Assembly: GCA_002713365.1 (NCBI GenBank)
Contig: PASR01000011.1
Span: 342,110-406,109 of the forward strand
DNA length: 64,000 nt
DNA from: Rhodospirillaceae bacterium
GTDB taxonomy: Bacteria > Pseudomonadota > Alphaproteobacteria > UBA6615
Direction: 5' to 3'
Shown: positions 41,760 through 50,079 of the stretch, in pieces
Numbering within the stretch: the first letter of the stretch is position 1
Layout: every line of letters starts with the position of its first letter
The notes under the pieces: model-generated
Told to the model about the DNA's origin: nothing
Databases searched by the model: none
The model's input: the letters and a program-made list of their open reading frames with translations, nothing else
Made by a program: the position numbers and the translations under genes

Positions 41760-42332
41760 CTAACCTGTTACTATAGCTAATACCACTACTGCTAATATAA
41801 TTACGCCGCCAATCCAGGTTCCAAGTCCAATTTCAGGTCGACCTATATCTTGTATATTATCAGATTTGGTAATTTTAGCATCGACGGAAGAACTATCAGA
41901 AACAATATCAGAAAAGTTAGTAAAAAATTCTCCAGCTAATTTTTTAGCTGTACCATCAATCAAACGAGCCCCAAGCTGTGCAAGTTTTCCTCCTACGGTT
42001 GCATCAACGCTGTAACTCAATATTGTAGAATCTCCATCAGATTCCAGGCTAACGTTTGCACCACCTTTTGCAAAGCCTGCGGCGCCCCCTTTACCTTCCC
42101 CACTTATACGGTAGCTATTAGGTGGATTGAGATCTGATAATGTTACTTGACCAGTAAATTTAGCTTTTACAGGCCCGACTTTAGCAACTACAGTAGCCGT
42201 CATTTCTGTTTCCGAAAGTCTATTTATCTCTTCACAACCGGGAATAGACTTTTTAAGAATTTCTGTATCATTTAAAGCGGCCCACACTTTTTCGCGGGAG
42301 GCTGCTATTCGATATTCGCCATTCATTTCCAT
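41760..42332 (-). CDS. coxG: CoxG (SRPBCC fold) with C-terminal membrane anchor
   Basis: VW..LND...L...IPGC, KVGPV, GKLAQLG.RL; C-terminal TM. Confidence 0.9.
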   Translation of the reverse strand: MEMNGEYRIAASREKVWAALNDTEILKKSIPGCEEINRLSETEMTATVVAKVGPVKAKFTGQVTLSDLNPPNSYRISGEGKGGAAGFAKGGANVSLESDGDSTILSYSVDATVGGKLAQLGARLIDGTAKKLAGEFFTNFSDIVSDSSSVDAKITKSDNIQDIGRPEIGLGTWIGGVIILAVVVLAIVTG

Positions 42333-42631
42333 GGCGGTTCACCTTTCAAAATGGGGTTAATTAGATTACCTGAACATAGTGATGCAATTACAATCCAGCA
42401 AGGTTATTTGGCCATAACACGTCTAATTGATTATATATGTAATAATATCTATTGAACTAAGCTTGATATCTATCTTATACCAAATAAAATGATAGTGATA
42501 TTTTAAAAGTATTTTATACCTGCGACAAATTTGTTTTCATCCAATAGGTAATTATTATTTAATATAACAAATAAACACATATTATCAGTTATGTTTATTT
42601 ATTAGTAATTTTATAGTTTTAAGGAAACCTA

Positions 42632-43114
42632 GTGATTTATTTTTTTAGTGCTGTAGTTGTTACCTATTTATTTTGGATAATATTATCAGGACATTATACT
42701 GTTGTGTTGATGATTATAGGTGCTATCTCCTCAATATCTGTAGTAATAATAGCTAGCCGTATGGCTGCCATAGATAGAGAAGGACATCCAATCTATCTAC
42801 TAATAAGGGCAGGATGGTACTGGCCCTGGCTAATATGGCAAATTATAAAATCCGGTCTTAATGTGTCCCGTATAATTTTGTCACGTTCATTGCCAATTAG
42901 CCCAACTCTGATAAATGTTAAGGCTAACCAGAAAACTGTAGTTGGAATTGTTACTTATGCAAACTCAATTACATTAACACCCGGAACTATATCTGTGGAA
43001 ATAGAAGATCGGGACATTACCGTTCATGCAATAACCCTTGAAGGTGCATTAGATGTACAATCTGGAGAAATGGACCGAATGGTTGTTAAATTTGAGGGTC
43101 TTTCATCCGCATGA
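42632..43114 (+). CDS. mrpE: Mrp Na+/H+ antiporter subunit E
   Basis: FW..LSG, YANSITLTPGT, VHA. Confidence 0.9.
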   Translation: MIYFFSAVVVTYLFWIILSGHYTVVLMIIGAISSISVVIIASRMAAIDREGHPIYLLIRAGWYWPWLIWQIIKSGLNVSRIILSRSLPISPTLINVKANQKTVVGIVTYANSITLTPGTISVEIEDRDITVHAITLEGALDVQSGEMDRMVVKFEGLSSA

Positions 43115-43365
43115 TGTTCACTGTCGCTCTAATTGCAGTTTTGATTAGCCTAGTTTTAGCTATGGTTAGGGCAATAATTGGGCCAACAATGTTTGATAGG
43201 GTTCTGGCAGTTAACTCAACGGCTACGTTGGCAGTTCTATCCCTTGCATTAATCGGTTTTGTAGCCGGACGTCCAGAATTTCTCGATATTGCAATATTAT
43301 ATACATTATTAAACCTTATAGGCACGCTCGCGGTTCTTAGATATTTTCACCCTAACGAAAATTAA
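43111..43365 (+). CDS. mrpF: Mrp antiporter subunit F
   Basis: RA..GPT.FDR.LA, DIA..Y; ATGA coupling. Confidence 0.9.
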   Translation: MMFTVALIAVLISLVLAMVRAIIGPTMFDRVLAVNSTATLAVLSLALIGFVAGRPEFLDIAILYTLLNLIGTLAVLRYFHPNEN

Positions 43366-43368
43366 ATT

Positions 43369-43710
43369 ATGGAAGCTATTATAAATCTATTGAGTTGGTT
43401 GTTTTTACTCTCGGGTGGTTTGTTTTGTATTACCGGGATGATTGGCTTGATACGTTTTCCTGACCTTTTTACCAGACTTCATGGTGCGTCAGTAACCGAT
43501 ACCCTTGGAGCAGGGTTTATAGTAATTGGATTGATCTTGCAGTCGGGTTTTACATTAGTTACTGCGAAACTAATAATTATTATGGGATTAATACTCTTAA
43601 CTAGTCCAGTAGCAACACATGCCCTAGCACAAGCAGCTTTACATGCAGGTATCTTGCCAAAATTAGATAACGACGAAACAGGCGGTCATATTGCGGGGGA
43701 GGATGAATAA
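43369..43710 (+). CDS. mrpG: Mrp antiporter subunit G
   Basis: G..RFPD.FTRLH....DTLG, TSP..THA. Confidence 0.9.
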   Translation: MEAIINLLSWLFLLSGGLFCITGMIGLIRFPDLFTRLHGASVTDTLGAGFIVIGLILQSGFTLVTAKLIIIMGLILLTSPVATHALAQAALHAGILPKLDNDETGGHIAGEDE

Positions 43711-43742
43711 TCGAACTCGTAACTGATACAATACTGCTACTT

Positions 43743-44273
43743 ATGATGATTGTTGCCGTTTATGGAATTATTCGTTCTCGCAATTTATTTGTAGTTGTAA
43801 TGCTTAGCGGCATTTATAGCTTTTTGATGGCTACTGTAATGGTAGTACTCGATGCAGTAGATGTGGCAATGACTGAAGCAGCCGTTGGAGCTGGTATGTC
43901 TACTGTTTTAATGTTGGCAGTCTTAGGTTTGGTTAGGTCAAGGGAAGCACCCTTGAGACATAGTCCTATACTTCCAATTATAGTATGTTGTCTTACAGGT
44001 GGCATGCTTATTTATGGAACAGTTTCTTTGCCGCCATTTGGCCATATAGATAATCCTCAGAATCAACATGTGGCTCCTTATTATATAGAGAATTCTGTTC
44101 GCGAAACCGGTTCTCCTAATGTAGTTACTGCCGTTTTAGCAAGTTATCGAGGCTATGATACACTTGGCGAAACAACAGTGATTTTCACTGGAGGCATTGG
44201 TGTATTGGTCTTACTTAGTGGTGTTATGACACGACGCCGCAGGTTTAATAATCAAAAGGAATCAGACGAATGA
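43743..44273 (+). CDS. Mrp antiporter subunit B-related (DUF4040 plus MnhB N-part); true start may be ATA at 43707
   Basis: DVA.TEAAVGAG, N.VT.VLASYRGYDTLGE. Confidence 0.85.
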   Translation: MMIVAVYGIIRSRNLFVVVMLSGIYSFLMATVMVVLDAVDVAMTEAAVGAGMSTVLMLAVLGLVRSREAPLRHSPILPIIVCCLTGGMLIYGTVSLPPFGHIDNPQNQHVAPYYIENSVRETGSPNVVTAVLASYRGYDTLGETTVIFTGGIGVLVLLSGVMTRRRRFNNQKESDE

Positions 44274-44719
44274 TGCGGGATACCATCATTCTGAGGGTAG
44301 TGGTAAAGCTATTATTACCGGTTATTTTGATCTTTGCCCTTTATGTACAGTTTCACGGAGACTATGGACCAGGTGGTGGCTTTCAAGCAGGTGTAGCTGC
44401 CGCTGCGGCGGTTATTTTATATGGTTTAGTATTTGGAGTATCAGCAGCACGCAAGGTAGTACCGCAAGGAATATTACTCGCTCTAATACCTCTAGGTGTA
44501 TTGATATTTGCAGGGACAGGAATTCTTAGCCTTTTACTTGGGGCAAATTATCTAGATTATTCTCCATTAGGCAGCTATCCAAAAGCTGGGCAACATCTAG
44601 GTATACTAATCGTTGAGGTTGGTGTGTTTGTTACTGTTTCATCCACAATGCTTGCTATATTTTATGCCTTTGGAGGAAGAGCTGAAGATGCCTTAGTTAG
44701 TGAAGAAGAAAACGAATGA
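44270..44719 (+). CDS. mrpB: Mrp antiporter subunit B
   Basis: HGD.GPGGGFQAG, E.GV..TV. Confidence 0.9.
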   Translation: MMRDTIILRVVVKLLLPVILIFALYVQFHGDYGPGGGFQAGVAAAAAVILYGLVFGVSAARKVVPQGILLALIPLGVLIFAGTGILSLLLGANYLDYSPLGSYPKAGQHLGILIVEVGVFVTVSSTMLAIFYAFGGRAEDALVSEEENE

Positions 44720-45069
44720 CAGAAATACTAGCTAATTTAAATTATTGGGTAACAATAGTTTTAATGATTTCCGGACTATATATTGTTGCTGCACATGGAA
44801 ACATGATAAAGAAGCTTGTGGGTCTTAGTATTTTTCAGACCTCTGTGTATCTACTTTTTCTTTCCCCTGGTAAAATTTTAGGCGGTACGGCGCCAATTAT
44901 ATCAAAAGACTTTGATTTATACTCTAATCCTCTACCGCACGTATTAATACTGACAGCTATTGTGGTTGGAGTGGCTACTATAGCTTTAGGAATGGCTCTT
45001 GTTGTTCGAATTCATGAAGCATATGGAACAATCGAAGATGACGAAGTACATGATATGGAGAGGGAATAG
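44716..45069 (+). CDS. mrpC: Mrp antiporter subunit C
   Basis: N.IKK..GL, NPLPHVLILTAIVVG, YGT.E. Confidence 0.92.
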   Translation: MTEILANLNYWVTIVLMISGLYIVAAHGNMIKKLVGLSIFQTSVYLLFLSPGKILGGTAPIISKDFDLYSNPLPHVLILTAIVVGVATIALGMALVVRIHEAYGTIEDDEVHDMERE

Positions 45070-46511
45070 TGAGCCAATTTCATATGCATTTACCCGCTCT
45101 TCAAGTGGTCATTCCTTTAATTGCTGCCGCTCTTTGTGCTTTATTTAGGCATTATTTTTTAGCATGGTTTATCACTATTTTGGCGAGCTGGTTATCATTT
45201 GCAATAGCTATATTATTATTATTACAAGTGATGAGTCGAGGAGTTATATCCTACGAACTAGGCGGTTGGGTTGCCCCAATTGGTATTGAGTATCGTATAG
45301 ATTTGTTAAATGCATTTGTTCTATTAATAGTTTCGGGGGTAGGCGCTGTTATAGTTCCCTATGCTCAGAAAAGTATATCTCAAAGTATAGAGAAATCTCA
45401 GCAGTCTTGGTTCTATTCAATGTATCTGATGGCTTTAACTGGCCTTTTGGGTGTTAGTATTACTGGAGATGCTTTTAATATTTTTGTCTTCTTAGAAATT
45501 TCTTCCTTGGCTAGCTATGTAATGATAGCCATGGGCCCTGATCGCAGAGGCTTAACAGCTGCATACCAATATCTTATTATGGGCACTGTTGGTGCAACAT
45601 TTATCGTCATAGGCATAGGGTTACTTTGGGCAATGACCGGTACGCTAAATCTTTATGATTTAGCGCAAAAAATTCCGCTCATAGAAAACTCACGTCCTGT
45701 TTTGGCGGCTTTGGCTTTTTTAACAGTGGGAATATCTTTAAAACTAGCTCTATTTCCATTGCATTTATGGTTGCCAAACGCTTATGCGTATTCTCCCGGG
45801 GTAGCGAGTGCCTTTCTGGCTGGTACAGCCACCAAAGTAGCTATATATCTCTTGCTTAGATTCTTTTTTACAGTATTTGGTGGCGTTGAATTTTTTCAAA
45901 GCACCCCTTTACCTGAAATTCTTTTTGTTCTCTCTTTGCTGGCCATGTTTGCTGCTTCCATTGTAGCTGTTTTTCAAAGTAATATTAAGAGAATGCTTGC
46001 TTATTCGAGTGTCGCACAAATTGGATTTATCACTCTTGGGATTAGTTATGCAACTGAAATTGGTCTGACTGGCGCTATCGCGCATATGTTTAATCATGCC
46101 ATCATGAAGGCGGGGCTGTTTTTACTAATTGGTGCTGTGATGTTTAGATTGGGATCGGTTAAAATTGAAGACATGGCAGGTATCGGGCGTAAAATGCCAT
46201 TTACTATGGCAGGCTTTGTAATACTAGGTTTAAGCCTTTTGGGAGCTCCTGGAACTGTAGGGTTTATAAGTAAATGGTATTTAGCTCTGGCTGCGTTGCA
46301 GGAAGGTCAGTGGTGGGCAGTTGCTCTTATAGTTGCAGCCTCTTTAGTCACTATGCTCTATATTGGTAGGGTGGTTGAGGTAGCCTATTTTAGAGAGCCA
46401 ACTGTAAAAGTCGATCAATTAAGAGAAGTACCTTCATCAATGCTTTTGCCTTCGTTCTTATTAGTTGGAGCGGCAGTATATTTCGGTCTTGATACCTCTC
46501 TATCTGTTTGA
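45069..46511 (+). CDS. mrpD: Mrp antiporter subunit D family (copy 1)
   Basis: GDAFN.FVF.EI, K.ALFPLH.WLP.AY, KR.LAYSS, NHA..K; frame continues 14 codons past the TGA. Confidence 0.9.
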   Translation: MSQFHMHLPALQVVIPLIAAALCALFRHYFLAWFITILASWLSFAIAILLLLQVMSRGVISYELGGWVAPIGIEYRIDLLNAFVLLIVSGVGAVIVPYAQKSISQSIEKSQQSWFYSMYLMALTGLLGVSITGDAFNIFVFLEISSLASYVMIAMGPDRRGLTAAYQYLIMGTVGATFIVIGIGLLWAMTGTLNLYDLAQKIPLIENSRPVLAALAFLTVGISLKLALFPLHLWLPNAYAYSPGVASAFLAGTATKVAIYLLLRFFFTVFGGVEFFQSTPLPEILFVLSLLAMFAASIVAVFQSNIKRMLAYSSVAQIGFITLGISYATEIGLTGAIAHMFNHAIMKAGLFLLIGAVMFRLGSVKIEDMAGIGRKMPFTMAGFVILGLSLLGAPGTVGFISKWYLALAALQEGQWWAVALIVAASLVTMLYIGRVVEVAYFREPTVKVDQLREVPSSMLLPSFLLVGAAVYFGLDTSLSV

Positions 46512-46564
46512 TTAGTTCAGCATATTGCTTCTTCACTTATTAGCGCAGCATATTAGGTGAAACT

Positions 46565-48079
46565 GTGAGCCCATATAGTATAATTATTGCCTCTCTTCTG
46601 ATACCGACACTCGGTGCAGTCTTAATTTGGTTATTTGGTCGACAAAAAAACATTCGAGAGACAGTAACTATAATAACTTCAGTTTTGTTGTTCTCTAATG
46701 TTGTTCAGATTTTACCTGCTATTAGTAACGGCGAGCGGCCAGAGTTGTTAGTATTAAATGTAGCTCCCGGCTTAGAAGTGGCTTTTCAAGTTGAACCGCT
46801 CGGAATGCTTTTCGCGTTAATAGCATCTTTCCTTTGGATTATTAATTCAATTTATTCAATTGGTTATATGCGAGGTAATAGGGAACCTCGACAAACCCAA
46901 TTTTATGTCGCTTTTGCTGTGGCGCTATCAGCCACGATGGGAATTGCATTCTCTGGCAATCTATTTACTCTATTTATATTTTATGAAGTTCTTACTTTAA
47001 GTACCTATCCATTAGTAGCCCATCATGGAAATGCAAAAGCTCGAACAGGAGGGCGTATCTACTTAATTATCTTGCTGGGTACTTCAATATTATTTTTTAT
47101 TCCAGCAATCCTTTGGACTTCTAGTTTAGCCGGCACTCTAGATTTTACTCCGGGCGGTATTTTGTCAGGAAAGGCAGATTCAATAACTACCGGCTTATTG
47201 CTGGCCTTATTTGCTTTCGGTATTGGTAAAGCTGCTTTGATGCCGTTCCATAAGTGGCTACCCAATGCTATGGTAGCCCCAACTCCTGTCAGTGCACTGT
47301 TACATGCGGTTGCCGTTGTTAAGGCGGGTGTTTTTACTATCCTTAAAGTATCTATATATATATTTGGTTCTGAACATCTTCTTGCTACCGGTGCTTCTGA
47401 ATGGCTAGTTTATTTAGCCACTTTCTCAGTTTTAGCAGCTTCAATTATTGCTTTAACCAAGGATAATTTAAAGGCAAGATTAGCTTATTCTACTGTAAGT
47501 CAGCTGGGTTATATAGTACTCGGTGCGGCGATTGCTACTCCTCTAGCCTTAATTGGTGCTGGAATGCATATACTTATGCACGCATTTGGTAAGATAACAC
47601 TTTTTTTTGTTGCTGGAGCAATACATACAGCAACGCATAAGACAGAAATTAGCCAGCTAAATGGTATCGGTCGCACGATGCCTTTTACTATGGTTGCTTT
47701 TTTTATAGGTGCTTTATCTATTATCGGACTACCTCCTTTGGGAGGCGCTTGGAGTAAAATGTATATAGCTCTTGGAGGAATGGACGGAGACTATTGGTTT
47801 GTGCTTGCCGCTCTTATGCTTAGTTCATTACTAAATATAGCGTATTTGATGCCAATTGTTATAAAGGCATTTTTTCTTCCGGCTGATTCAGAAAATAACA
47901 ATACGGAATTAGCGGAGATAAATGATAAATATGATAATAGTCTACGAAATCGTATAGCTGAAGCTCCTTGGTTTTGCGTAATACCTTTATGCTTCACAGC
48001 CTTAGCGTGTTTCATATTATTTTTTGCTCCTAATGCAGTTGAACAGCTTCTAAGCGGGATGTTAGAGAGGCCGTTATGA
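46565..48079 (+). CDS. Mrp antiporter subunit D/A-like proton-conducting membrane subunit (copy 2)
   Basis: FYE.LT, KAALMPFH.WLP.AMVAPTPVSALLHAVAVVKAG, LAYST.SQL. Confidence 0.9.
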   Translation: MSPYSIIIASLLIPTLGAVLIWLFGRQKNIRETVTIITSVLLFSNVVQILPAISNGERPELLVLNVAPGLEVAFQVEPLGMLFALIASFLWIINSIYSIGYMRGNREPRQTQFYVAFAVALSATMGIAFSGNLFTLFIFYEVLTLSTYPLVAHHGNAKARTGGRIYLIILLGTSILFFIPAILWTSSLAGTLDFTPGGILSGKADSITTGLLLALFAFGIGKAALMPFHKWLPNAMVAPTPVSALLHAVAVVKAGVFTILKVSIYIFGSEHLLATGASEWLVYLATFSVLAASIIALTKDNLKARLAYSTVSQLGYIVLGAAIATPLALIGAGMHILMHAFGKITLFFVAGAIHTATHKTEISQLNGIGRTMPFTMVAFFIGALSIIGLPPLGGAWSKMYIALGGMDGDYWFVLAALMLSSLLNIAYLMPIVIKAFFLPADSENNNTELAEINDKYDNSLRNRIAEAPWFCVIPLCFTALACFILFFAPNAVEQLLSGMLERPL

Positions 48080-48348
48080 GTGATAATTTTACCGAAGATA
48101 AAATATCTAATTCTACAGGTTGGTTAGCAAAAAAAATCAATAGTTCCAAGATTATATGGCTTTTATCTCTTATCTGTGTGTTTTTATTTGTGGCTGAATT
48201 CTTTGTTCACCGGCATGCAGAGATGGGAGTTGATGAATATATTGGATTTTATGGGGCTTACGGTCTTATAGGCAGTATCTTTCTTGTTTTTCTATCTCAT
48301 CAGATTAGGAAGCTTTTAAAGAGGCCTGAGGATTTTTATGATGATTGA
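48076..48348 (+). CDS. Small two-TM protein within the mrp operon
   Basis: Overlaps both neighbours; FYG.YG...L..R.L.R.ED.YD. Confidence 0.75.
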   Translation: MSDNFTEDKISNSTGWLAKKINSSKIIWLLSLICVFLFVAEFFVHRHAEMGVDEYIGFYGAYGLIGSIFLVFLSHQIRKLLKRPEDFYDD

Positions 48349-50038
48349 TATTCCTCCTGGATTGATACTGATTTTAGGAGCCTTAATAGTACCGTTTCTA
48401 AAAGGTTATTTGCGAGGTGTATTTCTACTAGCTTTGCCTATTTTATCATCTTTCATTCTGTACAATCTACCGGATGGTAGCCATTTTGCTATTACCGCTT
48501 TTGGCCAGCATTTAGAACTTTTACGTGTAGATCCGCTATCGAGAATATTTGGTTACGTATTTTTAATCGCGATCTTCTTAGGCATAATTTATTCTTTGCA
48601 TCTACGTACCATAGAAGAACACTTATCAGGACTAATTTATTCTGGTGCGGCTATTGGAGCTGTTTTTGCTGGCGATCTCATATCCCTTTTTGTTTATTGG
48701 GAACTTACGGCAATATCATCAGTCTTTTTAATTTTAGCACGGCGTACACCAGAAGCACTGGCAGCGAGTATGCGTTATCTTATCATACAGGTTGGGTCGG
48801 GTGTATTATTATTAGCTGGTCTTATTATACGATGGAATGAGACAGGTAATATAACATTTGATCATATAGGACTCGAATCTGTCGGTGGTGTTTTAATATT
48901 TTTAGCATTTGGTATTAAGGCCGCATTTCCGCTATTGCATAATTGGTTGCAAGATTCATACCCCCAGGCCACGCCAACCGGAACTGTTATACTGTCAGCA
49001 TTTACGACAAAGCTAGCAATCTACGCCCTAGCCAGGGGCTATGCAGGCACTGAGGAGCTTATCTGGATTGGTACAATTATGGCTATATTTCCAATCTTTT
49101 TCGCTATAATTGAGAATGACCTGCGTAGGGTACTTGCATACAGTCTTAATAACCAACTAGGTTTTATGGTTGTAGGTATAGGCATTGGAACTGAGCTTGC
49201 CTTGAATGGAACTGCTGCTCATGCTTTTTCTCATATAATTTATAAAGCCTTATTATTTATGTCGATGGGGGCAATATTACACAGAACAGGAACTGTATTA
49301 GCTAGTGAACTTGGTGGCTTATATAAAACAATGCCATTCACAAGTATATTTTGTATTATAGGAGCGGCCTCAATATCCGCGTTTCCTTTATTCTGCGGGT
49401 TTATAAGTAAATCAATGATACTTTCTGCTGTAGCTTATGAAGGTCATTATTGGGTTTGGATACTATTACTATTAGCGTCGGCTGGTGTAATTCATTATTC
49501 TGCAATTAAGGTTCCTTATTTTGCATTTTTTGCAAATGATTCTGGCAAACGTCCAAAGGAGGCTCCTTTAAATATGTTGATTGCTATGGCATTGGCCTCA
49601 ATTCTTTGCGTAGGAATTGGTGTTTGGCCGTCTTCTCTTTTTTATATTTTGCCATTTGAAGTAAATTATATTCCTTATACTGAATCACATATACTGTCGC
49701 AGCTTCAATTACTCTTCTTCTCAGCCCTTTCATTCGCGGTATTGATAAAACTGGGTTTTTACCCAGTTCAATCAAAATCAACAATTATAGATACAGACTG
49801 GATATATCGCCGTTTAGCTAAGGCTGTAGTTGTTTTAATAACAAATGTGGCACTCACATTACATAGTAACCTTTTTGAAGTAACTATTTTACGGGCGCGC
49901 CGTCTAGTTGATCAACTTTATAAACATCACGGACCTCAAGGTATTTTAGCAAGAACTTGGCCCACCGGTAGTATGGTTTTGTGGGTAGCAATATTTCTTG
50001 GAATTTACTTACTTTTATACTTTATTAAAAATATATAA
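48338..50038 (+). CDS. Mrp antiporter subunit D family (copy 3)
   Basis: WEL, K.AFP.LH.WL.D.YP, LSAFTTK, RR.LAYS..NQ.G, H..YK.LLF. Confidence 0.9.
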   Translation: MMIDIPPGLILILGALIVPFLKGYLRGVFLLALPILSSFILYNLPDGSHFAITAFGQHLELLRVDPLSRIFGYVFLIAIFLGIIYSLHLRTIEEHLSGLIYSGAAIGAVFAGDLISLFVYWELTAISSVFLILARRTPEALAASMRYLIIQVGSGVLLLAGLIIRWNETGNITFDHIGLESVGGVLIFLAFGIKAAFPLLHNWLQDSYPQATPTGTVILSAFTTKLAIYALARGYAGTEELIWIGTIMAIFPIFFAIIENDLRRVLAYSLNNQLGFMVVGIGIGTELALNGTAAHAFSHIIYKALLFMSMGAILHRTGTVLASELGGLYKTMPFTSIFCIIGAASISAFPLFCGFISKSMILSAVAYEGHYWVWILLLLASAGVIHYSAIKVPYFAFFANDSGKRPKEAPLNMLIAMALASILCVGIGVWPSSLFYILPFEVNYIPYTESHILSQLQLLFFSALSFAVLIKLGFYPVQSKSTIIDTDWIYRRLAKAVVVLITNVALTLHSNLFEVTILRARRLVDQLYKHHGPQGILARTWPTGSMVLWVAIFLGIYLLLYFIKNI

Positions 50039-50079
50039 GTAATTGTTTTATATAATTCTTATATAAATTAAAAATTTTT

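Noticed and set aside
46509..46511. TGA recoding (Gly/Trp/Sec genetic code)
   Set aside because: TGA ends many genes at expected positions (e.g. 13766, 21415, 43114), and this position is not a Cys/Sec site.
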